64,000 nucleotides of DNA from Dicyema japonicum (Eukaryota; Animalia; Dicyemida), in contig RDEW01000020.1 of assembly GCA_011109175.1 (NCBI GenBank), forward strand, positions 124,001-188,000. Direction: 5' to 3'. The notes below the pieces were generated by a model. It made no database searches, was not told the origin of the DNA, and saw only the letters and a list, made by a program, of their open reading frames with translations. Position numbers and translations under genes: made by a program. Shown in pieces: positions 25,301 to 38,836 of the stretch (within the stretch, counting starts at the first letter, position 1; each line of letters starts with the position of its first letter).

Positions 25301-25860
25301 TCGATTAAAGATTTATTTAGCATTTCAATTAAATTGTCATTTACAAACTGGAAAGGAATCTTCCTTGTTTGACGCCTTTCATCGATTTTCTTTGAACTAT
25401 TTGCATCAATCTGACTCAATAATTCTTCAAAGGTTTTATTGTATAATGCCAAATCAGGTGCCTTATCCATTTTAATTCCAATTTTAGGTATTGTACTATT
25501 ATTCTGATGACAGGAGACAAGTCTCTTCAACTCATAAACGGATTTCTTTTTTCCAAATTTAGAATTAAAATAATTGGCTATGAATGGCCACCCTCCTCTA
25601 GGTACTCGTTTGAGGCTTTCTTTGACACAAGTTAAAAGAGATGAGATCCATTCTCCGGGATTAGAAGAGTCAATAGAGTCGCAGATAGCATTCAGAGAAC
25701 ACAAAGTTGAGCTGGTCTGTTAAGGACCGTTACTGTAATTGACTTGGGCATTAAAATGGCCATGAACAGGCAAATCCACACTTTCTCGAACTCCATTTAT
25801 TAAATATTCTGTGGACGCGTCCATGGGAGTGACTTTTTCAGACTAGGAAAAACCAACCAT
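22340..25860 (-). mobile_element. Near-intact R4/Dong-like non-LTR retrotransposon (RT + CCHC knuckle + restriction-like endonuclease)
   Basis: 1044-aa ORF with LRPITC, IDVRKAFDSV, GILQGDSLSP, FIDDLK, YRYLG, CPHC..HLATRC, RHNEI, NKPDI..IEIG..KLHKY. In-frame continuation to ATG at 25824 and to 22348 across two TAA stops. Confidence 0.93.
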
Positions 25861-25959
25861 CAATACACCACTAGACAATTATAAATTATCAATAACGTTA
25901 ATAATATTAAATGAAAAATAATATAAATGTCATAGTTTTAATATAATTATTATATTATA

Positions 25960-26830
25960 TATAATATGGTTGTTGCTGTTACGAAACATCGAAAAAAAAC
26001 CAGAATGCTGTGAAATCGGAGCAGAAAGAAATATAAGAAATGCAGATTCACCGGCCATCGAGTTGGTCCATCCTTTTTCTGGAATTGATGCTTCTGTGAC
26101 TCACCCACATGGAGACCGCCAAAAATTGTGTGTTCTACGAGCAATATTACTTTCTACAAAGGCGGATAAGCAAAAATAAATGAGCTGAATCAGTCCAAGA
26201 CTCCGAGGTAGACTTTATCGAGCAATTGATAGATGTCGAGCAAATTGAACAAAACTCGAGACCCCGAACAAAAAATTCCTTATGTCAAGATTGACAATAA
26301 CTTACTGGAGTGTTTGAACTGTGCTACAAAGATCTCTATAACTTGTGTGGATCAAATTTCTACTCTTATTTATGCTGGTCAAGTTACATATCAGATTGTT
26401 TCAGTGAAAAAAATGAGCCATCAAAATGGAAAGAGAATATAAATTGAAAAGTGGAAATAATTTCTTTTGCTAGCTGAAAAGTTTTTCTTATGAAGACTTT
26501 GTCAACCGAGGAAAAACCTATAGTTTGTCACGCATTATCGTTAGTGGGATATAAAAACAAAAACCACGGTGAAAGAGCGAGGGTTACTTCGTATATTGAA
26601 ATTCTCGAAAAGAAATTGTCCGTTCTGAGTCCCGCAAGAAATTTCGCCTTGATAATCTAAACTTCGGATTAAATCGAAGGTCATTTTACAGAAACCTAAC
26701 CCCTACGGCAAATAATGTTACCACGTCTATTGATAATAAAAAAATGTGCAGACTTTTGGGAAGAAAAAGAATAACAGGCGTTGAGAATGTACCTGTTGGA
26801 TTTAATAGAAATGGGTTTAATGTAACAATT
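25960..26830 (+). mobile_element. Older decayed R4-like element, N-terminal part
   Basis: KIPYVKIDNNLLECLN..ISTLIYAGQVTYQ is homologous to KIPFQFVNDNLIEMLN..ISCLIYSAQCVYQ of the intact copy. Confidence 0.7.
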
Positions 26831-26849
26831 AAATAAAATTAAATGTCGG

Positions 26850-27786
26850 ATAATCAAAAGACTTTTCAAGGTCGAAAATATAGCATACTGTCTATGCGTC
26901 GCCCATGTGACATAATATTCCATAAATAACTGTAATTTCTGGCATTGAACTGAATCCTAATAAAATAGATTTGCTTGAAGATACATGGTGCCATGGAGAA
27001 ATTTCCATCCGTATACCATGATTTTGAATTCGCCAATAACGTTAAATTAGTTTTGGTGCGGAATATTGATATTCCATCGGTTTTTCTATGATTATCATAA
27101 ATTAAAAAATTTTAGAGACAAGCGGTGATTCTTTAGTGTTCGCTTGAAAGAATCTGCAGAATGGAAAATAATTTTGGTTGCTGTTTCACATTAATACACA
27201 ACATTTGAATAGATTTGTAAGGGATTTTCTTGACTCGTTTTAGCAATAAGTTTTGCTTCGTTGCACAATTTCATCATTTTTATTTGACTTTCGTCAAATT
27301 CGTGATTGTGAGAGATTCCTTCTTTGGGAAATTCAAAATTTGATCTGTTCTTTAGATTTCCTCTGCATCCTTGTGAAGATTTTTCACACATTTAAAAATT
27401 ATATAGTTTTTTGTCACCGAGTGCTTTGTATACATACAACTCTTAAAACAAATTTTCTTCTTGTTAGTTGATATTATCTCAATTTGTTACTTATTTTGCA
27501 GGAAGCATAATATTTAAGATACGCTTAATTATAACCTTGAAATTCTTAAATTGACTTAGTCAAAGCAATTATTCCAAAGCGGAAAAAACGTCAAGTCCGC
27601 TAACGAAATCACGGACTTGATTTTTTTCCGTTTTGCGCTAAATTTCGAAAATTTATAAGGGAAAAAATTTTAAAAATGGAAAAAAGTCAAGTATTGAAAA
27701 AAATATTAAAAATTAAAAGATGCTAGTAGTATCACAAAAATGCGATATAAACTAAAAAAGACGACTTGACTTTTTTTCCGCATTCC
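26850..27786 (-). mobile_element. Mutator-like (MULE) element, 5' part
   Basis: FLYWCH-like W.C....CRG..HNHE segment; subterminal repeats gacttga(c)tttttttccg also seen at ~45225. Confidence 0.5.
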
Positions 27787-27799
27787 GAAAATATTCCCT

Positions 27800-28460
27800 G
27801 GGAAGTCGAGCACTGCGATTATCTCTCTCCTACAGGAAACATACATCCTTCGATCCTAAATTAACTTTGAATGGAGAGGTTATCCCAGTTAATAAGAACC
27901 CATCAATCTTTGGAGTTACATATGACCCGTTTATGACGTTCACACATCATGTGGACACAATAATTTCAAAAGTTCAAAAAAGATAGGGATCCTCCAGATT
28001 TTTGCTAGATCTCCAATATCTTCACTTTCTCATCTCAAATTATTTTACAAAGTATATTCTACCGACAATGAAACATGCATGTACGGCGTGGATTACACCC
28101 TTGTCAATATCCACGCAGAACAAATTAGAGGTCATACGAAACCAATGCCTCCGGATCCTTTTTAAATGTGACAGAATGACGCCTGCGTCAGAAATGAGGA
28201 AACACATTAGATCTCAAAAAAGTTATGGAACATCTCGGTGACGAACAGCAAAAATTCTTGAGAATGGTGCGATTTTCTGGTAGCCCCTTGAAGATGAGTT
28301 TCTTGCCTACCAGAAATATGCTCGCAAATTTGAGATTAAACATTCCCCCTTTTTGGAAGATCATAAAAGATTGCAGACAAAGCCGAAACAAAGGAGGACG
28401 ACTGACGCAGGGATCACTTATTTAGACGATAACTTTTTCCTTTTTTCCTGTGTTCCCGGG
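27800..28460 (+). mobile_element. Jockey/I-like LINE 3' part; copy at ~46015-46560
   Basis: PSILGVTYDPLMTFTHHVD, YILPTMEHACTAW, KLEVIQNQCLR. Confidence 0.75.
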
Positions 28461-28479
28461 GTTATAATAATAATACATA

Positions 28480-28800
28480 TTAAACCAGCTTGCAAAGAGA
28501 GATTGTACCTACCTTGAAAAAATGCTAGGGAGAAGATTGTGCTCGATCTCTTGCCTTAGTGAGAGAATGTTATTTGGTTTTCTGGACAACTTGAAAGTAA
28601 GAAGTGCTTGTTGCAGAAGAAGTTCCGCTATACTTCAGGTCGAAACCTTAAGTAAAGCACATTTGGCTACCATTGAAGAATTTTTGCTGGAAAAGTACTC
28701 TGTTGACAATACATTTATCCTGGATAGTAAATTTTTGTTGACAAGTGATTTTTTAGTTTTTCGTTAAGACTTACATGTTGGAAATCCAAAACTAACTCTG
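28480..28800 (+). mobile_element. R4-like fragment
   Basis: KPACKERLYLP*KMLGRRLCSISCLSERML matches KPASKERLYLPRSTLGRGLISVTFKSEKML of the intact element. Confidence 0.75.
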
Positions 28801-28829
28801 GGGAATTCTGCAATGACCTCTGGGAATTC

Positions 28830-30677
28830 TAGTCATGATCATTTCGACATAAATATTGAATAGGATAGGAGATAATAAGCATCCTTGTCTTACTCCTTTA
28901 CCAATTTCGAACCAATCGGTATCTCCATACACTGTTCTAACAGTAGCTTCTTGATCCTTATAAAAAGATTTGATAAGCAACATCAGATGGGCATCGAATC
29001 CAAATTCTTTTAAAACGGACCACAGCTTGTCATGTATAACGGAATCAAAAGCTTTCCAATAGTCAATGAAGCACATGTATACACTCTTTTGGGATTCATG
29101 GGCTTTCTCCATAATCCATTAGACATTTGCTATATGGTCCCTTCCTGAATCCTGCTTGGACATCCGGTAGAATCATTTCGGCATTTGTCATTAGACGATG
29201 TTGTATTATCTTTAGAAGTATTTTGCTGACGTGGGGAATTAAGGCTATTGTACGATAGTTTGAACAGTTCTTGCTATCCCCTTTTTTCGGTATTGGAATA
29301 AATATAGATCTTTTCCACTCGCGTGGCCAAATACCAGTTTCCCAAATTTTTTGAGATAGACTGGTGATAGCTGTCACCATCATAGCTTTCAACAATTCGC
29401 TTGAGATGTTGTCAATCCCCGGTGCTTGTTTTCCGTCAATTGCCATGTAGCCCACACGCATTCGTCCTCAAGGATTTTATGCCCCTCACCCAACGTTGCT
29501 CCATCAACTTCCATTTTCCCCAGTAGTCTTCATTATACTTCCTGGATGCCTTTTTGAATTCAGAGTTAAGTTTTCTTGTCTCGTCTATATTCCCAGAGAC
29601 TTTAGCAGCTTTACGAGCCTCAGCAATGTTTAGGGTGTTGGCAGAGAGCCACTCAGAGCACTTGGCCGGCGTTTTGTATTTGGCATGTTTTATTGCAGCG
29701 TTCCTGATAACCAACTGCATATCTTTCCATAATTCATCAGGCATCCTTCCGATCAAATCCAGTAATCTAATGTTGTGCTTAACTTCCATTGCGTATTCGG
29801 ATGGTATGTTTGAGACATCGAATTTCTTACTCGGGGAGTATTCCAAGTGTTACTGAATTTCGTCCTAATTTTTGCAACAAGTATTTGATGGTCTGTTCCA
29901 CAGTCTGCTCCTGGATATGTTTTGACGGCTATTATAGAGCTTTTCCAGCGTTTGGCGCACACAATAAAATCAATCTGGTTCCTAGAAATGCCATTTGGAT
30001 ACGTCCAAGTGAATAATCGTCGTTTGTGCTGTTTGAACCATGTGTTAGTTATCTAAAATCCATTTTCTTGACAGAATTAGACCAGTCGATCCCCAGCATC
30101 ATTTTTTCCCCAAACCGAAACTTCCCCGTATGTGGCATACACCCAAATTTTGAATTGAAATCCCATTATGCAGATTATGTCCTTTTTGGGTATTAGTTTT
30201 AGTGCCTCTTGAAATTCATAATAAAATTGGTCAATTTCGTCATCCTTGGCAGTAGATGTTGGGCATACACTTGCATGACCGTAATATTCAATGGTCGTCC
30301 ACGGACGTGGATTAGTATTATCCGATCATTAAATATTCTATGACTTTCAATAGCAGGTGCAATTTTCTTTGAAGCAATGAAGGCCACTCCGTTTCTCGCC
30401 AAAATAATATATGACGAAATCATCAGAACGAAAAAAACCACTGTCGATCCAGTGAAGTTCGCTTACTCCAAGCTGGTCAATATCAAGCCTTCTCATTTCT
30501 CTTTTTACGACTTCTAGTTTCCCTTCATTTAAGCCTCTTACGTTCCATGTTGCGAAATTGTGAGATTCTGTGTGACGAAAACTCGAGATTTGATGTTTTG
30601 CAGTAACGTTGCTTCCAATTAGATCGTAGGAGAGTTTGCTCATAAGATTTTATTGGCATTTAAATACAGGGTAGGTT
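28830..30677 (-). mobile_element. RTE/BovB-like LINE, duplicate copy truncated at the duplication junction
   Basis: Near-identical to 9643-11701. Confidence 0.9.
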
Positions 30678-31369
30678 GAAGTAAGATAATCTAGAGTTAA
30701 TTTATTTCATCAAAATTAATTATATTTTTTGACCATTTTTTCCACCAGTTGATAAATGAACCTAAAAATATTTTTTTACATTCTAACCTCTAACCAGGGA
30801 TGTCAAACTCATTTAGTTTCGAGGGCCGCATTTATAATAATTTTTCATCAAGGAAAGATTATTTATTTATTTTAATGAAAAACCAAAAATAAGGGAAAAC
30901 TAAATATGTAATCACCATCTTCTAATCGTGCTTAGATCAACTTCCGGAGGATTGACATTTTTTTCGGATACAATTTTTGATTTGTCGGGCTCAACTATTC
31001 GTGTAGTCCCGACTTTTATTAAAGCCGATAAATTTTCATCAGTGAGTCTTGTTCTTTGAACAGTTTTTGTTAATTTCATAAATGAAAAAAGTTGTTAACA
31101 CACATATGTCTAACCAAACATAGCAATTATTTAAAATTTTTAAAGTTTTAAAATTTTTCAGGAAAATGTGAAAAGAAATTGATTTTGACATATGACATTG
31201 ATTGACACATGATTTGTTGCGCGTTGTGCATGGTTGTGCATTGTGCGCTCGACAAAATATCTGAAGAGATCAACGATTGAGAAAAGATCACACGGTCTAT
31301 GATTTTCTTCTATGAGATAATAGGTTTTTGTCTTTTCGAAAGATCAAGTCGAGTCTTGATGGTCTAAAG

Positions 31370-32576
31370 CAGAGGTTGTCAAACGGTGTGCCGCCTGGCA
31401 AATACAAATTTGAATAAATTTATATACATTTTTGACCTAATTAATTTAAAAAGATAAACGAATTAAAATAATTACTAAAATTAAAATAATCATTTTTTTA
31501 TTATGCATTAAATGACATTTGGTAAGCAATACGAAACTGGTAAGCAATACGAAGAAGACATAGTGCAAGTAGAGGGACGTCACCACCTCAACCAAAAAAA
31601 GACCAAGAGTCACACTCCCAACTATTTTGAATGGAGACCTGTCGGCTGTGGGACTGAAGCTCACTTCCGCAGACGACCTAGATACCTTAAGGGAACTGGC
31701 ACGAAGTAGAGGGTCCTGGAAAAGGCTGATAGAGAGGATGGCTAGAAATACGGCACAAGGGAGGCTTGATTAATTTTATGACTTCTCGGAGTGCTTTAAA
31801 TAAAATAATAATAAATGACATTTACATTGGTTAACCATTATTTATTAATTTTTTAATAACGTGCGCATCAACCTGCTTATGGGTAAATCAGTTCGTCGTT
31901 CTTATAAAGATTCTTATTTGTCATTTGGATTTATATTCAAAGATAAAAATAAACTACCTCAATGTCTAATTTGCATGGATTTTTGGCAAGTGATGCTATG
32001 GTTCCTAGCAAACTAAAGAGACATTTTACTTCCAAGCATCCGGACTATTCCGAAAAATCTGTGGATTATTTTATCCATTTGAAAAAAACAACTTAAGTAT
32101 TATTTGGTTTTTACTATGAATCGTATATCTAGTCAAATGATGTTCAGTGAAACTTTTTTAAACACAAAGGAATCATTGAAATGTTCATACCTGATCTCAG
32201 AAGTGATAGCAAAACAACTAAAACCTCACACTGTTGGCGAAATCTTGATAATCCCTGAATGTCGTATAATTGCTCGGACTATGTTTGGTCATAAATATGA
32301 ACAAAAAATAATGAAGATACCTTTGTCAGATAACACTGTTTCTCGTCGGATTTGTGCTGAAATGCGAGTGGCTTTGTTAACCATTCGACCTGATATTGAT
32401 GATATATGCAAAAACAATAATAATTAAGAATTCATTTTTTTAATAAAAATTTGGGCATTAAATTACCAATTTTTGTACTTAGTTTTACACATCTTAAAAA
32501 ATAAATTTTTTTATTTTTGCCGTGGATTATTTTTTACGATTAGTGTGCCGCGAGAATTATTTTTTGAAAAGCTCTG
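31370..32576 (+). mobile_element. hAT copy B with nested RTE fragment
   Basis: Same termini and gtctaaag TSD as 12394-13239; retains ~68 bp (32025-32092) that is missing in copy A. Confidence 0.9.
31521..31811 (+). mobile_element. RTE LINE 3' end, copy B specific
   Basis: RPRVTLPTILNGDL..ADDLDTLRELARSRGSWKRL; 12-bp TSD taaatgacattt; A-rich tail; empty site at ~12535. Confidence 0.88.
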
Positions 32577-33882
32577 GTCTAAAGATCTTGAACTTCTCAT
32601 ACATCATGTCTATACAGTAATAGAGCAAGTCTCACTGCAATGGTCTTGAGGAGCAACGATTCTGAAGCAATGATCTTAGGAGGTTGAGTATTTTGTTCCG
32701 TCAATGGCTAGTATAGCTCGAATAGACACGATGTTGTGAATTCTTTTAGTCAAGTTTCGATGTATGGTCAAATAAGATTTTCCTGAATTTTCGTGTAGAT
32801 TAGAAAGTATCTTACGAATTTGCAATGTGTGGTTGATTTGAGAAGTGGGAAGGGTAGGTGGTAAGAGTCAAGTGATTTCTAGAGATATTGTGAGCTCGGC
32901 ATTTCAAGTTGATAATACAAATGGAAATTCATTTTCTCCAAGTATAGATTGTCAACAGGACTAGATTTTAAAAGTTCGTTAAAAACAAAGGCTGAGTTCG
33001 TAACTACTGTAACTTTTTTTAGGAACTTGAGTGATTTGTATGATTCCAAATGCGAGGCATATTTTTCGTCCTCATGATAAATTGTTTGTAAAAGAAAGTG
33101 AGAAATCTTTATATTGCTCTTTTGAGGATTCTGCTACTGCACAAAAATTGTTTTTCGTTTGTCTTTAGTGCAGATATTTTCGATTTTGTGCTGAGACTGA
33201 TTAGGGCGAAACTCATGTGATTTAAAAAATTGAGAAGGCGGAAAATTTGTTCCAGGCTACTCTTTTAAGAATCTTTGATACCAAAGAAGGGTAATTGGTT
33301 GTGGGACGAAAACGCAAAGGAATCTTCATCAGTTTTGAAGAGAGGGCGATGGTCGATAATTCTTAGATGATTAATAGAACCTTCAGTTCCATTGTCTAAG
33401 ATCACTTAAGTGGAAAATAAAGAGACCATGAATAATTTTGATTGTCGTGAATTTGGCTAGTCGTTTGTATATGTTGTATCACTGTCAATTGTGGATTGCT
33501 TATTTAAAAACCAAGAATCATCATTAAATTAACGAAGAAAAAAGGCCACCATAAAATACTCCTTGCTTTTCACAACAACTATCTCATGGTCTCCCTTCTG
33601 GATCCAAGAAGTTCCGCTGTCTCACATCGGATGACGGCGTTCACGTGAGGTAAACTATCACTCATTCTCTTACTATTATTGAGCATTGTAGCGAGAAAAT
33701 GATGATATTAAATGTCACTATCGATAACGTGAACACGTAGTATCGCAGACACCTTTGCATAATGTGGCAAGTTTCCTATCCATGGGGCGTTCAATATTAA
33801 AATTATAAAGTAATTTAGAATATTAATTTTATAAAATTAAAATTCGAAAATTGCCTTTTCCCAAATCAAAAAACAAATAAAA

Positions 33883-35061
33883 TTATAGTAATGTGACCTA
33901 TTGAATAGGAATATATACCATTGGTTTTATTCTGTTTCGAAATTTGTAAAGAACAACGCCGATCACTCCAATAATTGAAAGAACTGTGACAGTGACTGTA
34001 ATCCAATGATTTTCGATTTTTGTGAATTTTTAATTGCAGTTTTAATTGGTGTAAAATAAATTATCTTTTCAAAACATCCAGACTCTAACAGTAATTTACT
34101 CAATTATACTATTTCCAACAAATTGAAAGTCCATATTATTCCGAAAAAACTGTGCTCTAAACAAAGAAAATTTGACAGAAATATTGTCTGTAAAGTTGAT
34201 TATAAATGATTCACAATAATAATGATTTCCAACACTAAAGGTTATGATTAAAAAATGTGGAATTCGAGCTTTAGTAATTGTGTTAATGAAACTAATATCT
34301 GCAATAAAATACTTATATATTAGTAAATATGATCTGAAATGGAGTTTAAAATCAGTTTCATGTATGAATAAATCAATTACATTTTTATCACTATTTGCTG
34401 TAATATAGTTGTTTTCGGAAAATAGATAATGTTTCGTCTATAACTAACATTTTCAATTACATTATAATTATCAGCAATTGTGACTTTAATATTTCCACTG
34501 ATTACGGTATGGAGTCGGTCTTTTGTAAAGTAGTACCAAATCGGAACATTTGGATCGTTAGAGGATTTACAGTCATTGGCCAAATTAAAAATATTCAAAC
34601 CTTTTCCATTAAATTTTTCATTGGAAAAATTACTGAAATATTGAATTTTAAAAGAATAAATTTGAGAGAAATACGATCATTAAAATTTACAGAAATTAAT
34701 CCGCATCTATAATATTCCCCATTTTTGATATTCGGAAATTTTAAAATTTGTGTATATCGATGATTAACTTAATTTTAGTAAACATAAGAGTACAAGACAT
34801 TAACATAAATTTCATTGTTATAGCATGAAATCCTTCTGAAGAGTCAATAAGAATATGAAAGTTATATCATCATTAAGTTTAAATTCAACTTGATGAGAGC
34901 TAATAATGGAAATACATTTCATTCATATTGCTTGTTGTCTATAGTTATTATTAATGAATTACATTTTTATCATTATTTGACAAAAAATAACTTCCACGAA
35001 ATATTATATTTGGTAAAACTTCAATTTTTACAATCAAATAGCACAAAATTACCAGTAACAT
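33883..35061 (-). pseudogene. LAMP-like glycoprotein, copy B
   Basis: Near-identical to copy A with additional small indels. Confidence 0.55.
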
Positions 35062-35244
35062 AAAATATTAAATGAACACCTCAGTGTGACTAATTTAGGT
35101 CAGATATTGGGTTGATTAATTTATTTATAATTTTTATTAATTTTGAGATAACAATTTTTATTTATTCTATTTAAAATCATCTTAGATTCTTGATTTTTAT
35201 ATTTATTTCATCAAAATTTTTAAATGAAGCAGTAGGAAGACCCA

Positions 35245-36971
35245 TCATTGGCTATTCCCAAGCATCGTCAACTCCTCTAATGGTCGAGGGAGATCGGCAT
35301 TGATCAAAGAAAGAAATCACTTCAAAAAATTAATTGGATCACATTAAAAACGATACTCCGGATCAGAGCTCTAAACAACGAAATAAAGGCCAGAGAGCTC
35401 AAGTCCCAGAAAATGAAGTGGAATCGGATTTTTACAAAGGTAAATCGCAATCGTAGTACCGGAGAAGTGTGGAAAGCCACCGAAATGTTGCAAATGGGAA
35501 GAAACTTCCCCCGAGGATGACTATACTCAACGAGACGTTAACAAATTTGATAAAATTCTACACAAAAATTTCGTACAAGGAACACAGGAAGTCAGAAGTG
35601 CTTCTCTCTTCATGGAGAAAACTGAAGAAGGATTCTAACCCTGTTTACTTCTCGGATGAAGACGTGAAGAATGCGCTGCGTTTTACAAGAACAACGTACT
35701 CTGCCGACAACATTCCCGTAGTATTATTGAAGAACCTTTGTTATGGAAGCAAGCCAATATCCGACCTATACTGAAACCTGGAAAACCTAAGGAAGATCCG
35801 GCATCATTAAGACCTGTGTCATTGTTATGTTCCATATCGAAAATCCTGGAAAGGCTTGTGCTTGGGAGAATTAAGGCTTTCTTACCAGAAACAGATTTTC
35901 AACACGGATTCAAGAGCGATTGTTCTACATCAACGTACCTACAGAAATTAACCAACTTCATTAGAAATTAACCAACTTCATTTTTCAAACAAACCAAGGC
36001 ATTTGAAGACAGTCTTTGATTCTAGGACTTTGATTCTATTTCGAGAAAAATATTATCAAAGAAATTTTTCCAGTCGGAGATCCCGGGGAAGCTTAAACTT
36101 CACGTCTTTTCCCAACTTAAACTTCACGTCTCGGAGGACTGAAATCAGTCTCACGTCTTTCCCAAACGGTGTCCCCCAAGGATCTCCTTTATTTCCCGCC
36201 TTATTCAATTTATATCTGGCAGACCTCCAATAACGACGACACCGGGATCCAATAACGATGTTCTACTCACATATGCGGACGACATTGTTTTGGCCTCGCG
36301 TGATCGGGATATCTAAAATGCTTCAGAAAGATTACAAATTAACCTGTACCGACTCAACGCCTGGGTAATGAAGAACCGACTCACAATAAATTCCATAAAG
36401 TCGGTCACGTCTATGTTTACTTCGGACAAAAGGTTGGGGAAAATGACTGTCAAGTTAAAATTGGACAACATTGAAATCCCCTTCATCAAATGTCAGAAGA
36501 TCCTGGGCGTGACACTGGATCACACTTATGTTTGTCACCACACGTGGCAAACATTGTTCTGAAGTGCGAGAAGAGGATCAATGTATTAAAATGTTTATCT
36601 GGAATATGGAAGACAGGTACCCACCCGGTCTTGATGAACATTTACCAGCAATACATCGAACCATGCTTCTCGTACGCGTGTGCTTCGTGGGACCTTCATT
36701 ATCATGGACGAACATTAAGAAAATCGAGGACGTTCAAAAGGTTTTCAGAAGACGGAGCGTTGGTCTTGTGGAAGACACAGAACCGGACCGACTACTCTGA
36801 AGGCCCTCATTAAACAAAACTCAGGCATGCGGGAAGGTAGCCCTGCAAATACAGTCAGCCGCCCTGTACGAGCTTGTGTGGGTACGAGGGAGGAGCACCG
36901 GGAAAGAATGAGGATTTTGGCGGAGCGCATCGGGATCACGTGATAGTCACTTTTGGTTTTACCGTGGTCTT
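35245..36971 (+). mobile_element. Jockey/I-like LINE, copy B
   Basis: Duplicate of 15925-17655; FQHGFKSDCSTS, GVPQGSPLFPALFN, YADD. Confidence 0.85.
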
Positions 36972-38165
36972 AGTTTTGTTAGATATAACAACTTATGTCA
37001 ATTAAAATGAGCTGTGAATGTTTTAACGATTCCAATATCCAGAGGTTTTATAAAGGCTGAACTACTTTTTAGGAAAAAATAATATCTGAATGTTCTCCAA
37101 TTTGGATTTTATACAATGAGCAGGACAATTGTCCATTAATAACAAAATTTTTTTGATGGAACAATTCGTTATCCAATTTTATTAACCAATGATTAAAAAT
37201 AAAACTGGTCACCCATGCTCTATTAGAGTGACAATATTTTATCGAACATTCATAATTATAATTTTTGAAACATCTGGGTACTTTAGATTTTCAAATCATA
37301 ACTGGCTTTAATGTACGGGTTACGGGTTCTAGTACATAACATAATTGAAGGCCGATCTTTGAAATTTTTATATCCACCAAATTCGTGTATTGCATATGCT
37401 CTTGGACGGAATCAGTTTATAATAGAGCCCTGTCTCGTCCATATTGTAAATTTCGTCTTCTTTATAATGTTTAGAAATTTCTTCAAAGTGATCTACAAAT
37501 CCTTCAAGTCAGGTTGTTTGTCAGTTATCATTTCCCCATGTAATTTATGCATTCGAAAACCATGTCTTTTTTTGAATAGTGTTAGAAATCATTTTGAATT
37601 CTTGAAATCACTACTTTTCAGCAATTTTTTGTGCTTTATTTGATTTTAGTGCATCATTAAACATAGCACCTAACATAAACAAATTAAAAATACCCTTAAA
37701 TTCCATCAAATCCATTCAACAAGCTTAGTATCAAGTTCAGGAAATTTTAACGATTTGCATGTCTTTGTTGAAGGAATATAATTTTTGAATGTTTTTAATA
37801 TGGACTCTCGGGAATTAAGAATATTATTCCTGTTTTTTTGAAATTCGAATATTAAATAAATCAGAAAATCTGTGAGCGATTGTTTGGTACGATGTAGTAT
37901 TATTCTCATCTTTATATCTCAAATTTCGAGATTTTGGAAACAATTAAGCCTTGTAGAATTACAACGAGAAACTTTCGAACACATGGTAAAATTTTTTGTT
38001 TTAAATTTTATGTTTTTAACAAAATAATTGAAAAAGATTAGTAAAAATAAATTTTATGTTTTTTAATAATGTTGGCCAATTTCTTATGAAAATTTGCTTT
38101 TTTGAAATCCTGACGTGAAATTTTAGCTATAATTTAAGGGTTTGCCAATTAGAGGGACTTTACTG
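36972..38165 (-). mobile_element. pogo/Tigger DNA transposon, decayed and truncated, copy B only
   Basis: Terminus ta|cagtaaagtccctctaatt; CENP-B-HTH-like LKFPELDTKLVEWI; DDE motif YNMDETGLYYKLIP. Confidence 0.8.
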
Positions 38166-38836
38166 TATTTGTAAGATCTTGCAGATGTTTTCGGATTTAG
38201 CTCTAAGAGAAGACGAATTAATTGAGAGGGACTTAATTTTAGTTGATTCTTAAACCTTTAAAAAATATAAAAATACTATTCCTTCTAAAATAGTTACACG
38301 TGCTTTTGAGTTTAGATGTCTGGAGGGTTGGCCCTAAGGGTTCTTGCAACTGCAAGGACCAGATGTTTTTTTCCTTTCCATTAATTTGTATAGGCTTGTT
38401 CGATATTGGAAGGTCTCTGATTCTGCGGCCGTGGGAATAGAATTAGCTGTTAATTATTATTTTTTGTTTATCCGCTTCCCGGCTTGACGATTGACGCCAT
38501 CATCACTGATATCTCACTATGGAACCGGATTGTCAACAGGGATTCGCACTCAACCAAAAAGAAGTTGATGATTATATTTATAGCCCTGGCCTCCTTCAAC
38601 GCTTAATTCTCATAACTGTTCTTCCTCAAAAAATTAAGTTATGTCATGAACAAGTTGAGATTAAGTATTGTAATAAACTATTTTTCTACAAAAGGGAAAT
38701 TATTATACAACCACGCTAATTTTACCCACAATATATCAAAACCAAATAATTTTAAAATTTCAACTCCACGGTTTAAAAGCCTGAAAATACTAAGCACATT
38801 TAAAACCAAAAGAGGCTAAAAGAAAACCCAAATCCA

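Larger units (their letters stand above)
9643..28350. repeat. Segmental duplication copy A
   Basis: Colinear near-identity with 28830-46550, seen as paired ORFs (12756/32104, 15045/34377, 19183/42283, 20528/43636, 28002/46285). Confidence 0.9.

Noticed and set aside
22715-25475. Plus-strand ORFs overlapping the R4-like element, and similar antisense ORFs elsewhere
   Set aside because: Antisense shadows of real coding frames.
21251-25722. Isolated in-frame TAA codons in otherwise open TE ORFs, suggesting stop-codon reassignment
   Set aside because: They align to different residues (Leu at 22570; Glu at 44794 by comparison with the intact copy), and host genes such as IF and MADD terminate at TAA.
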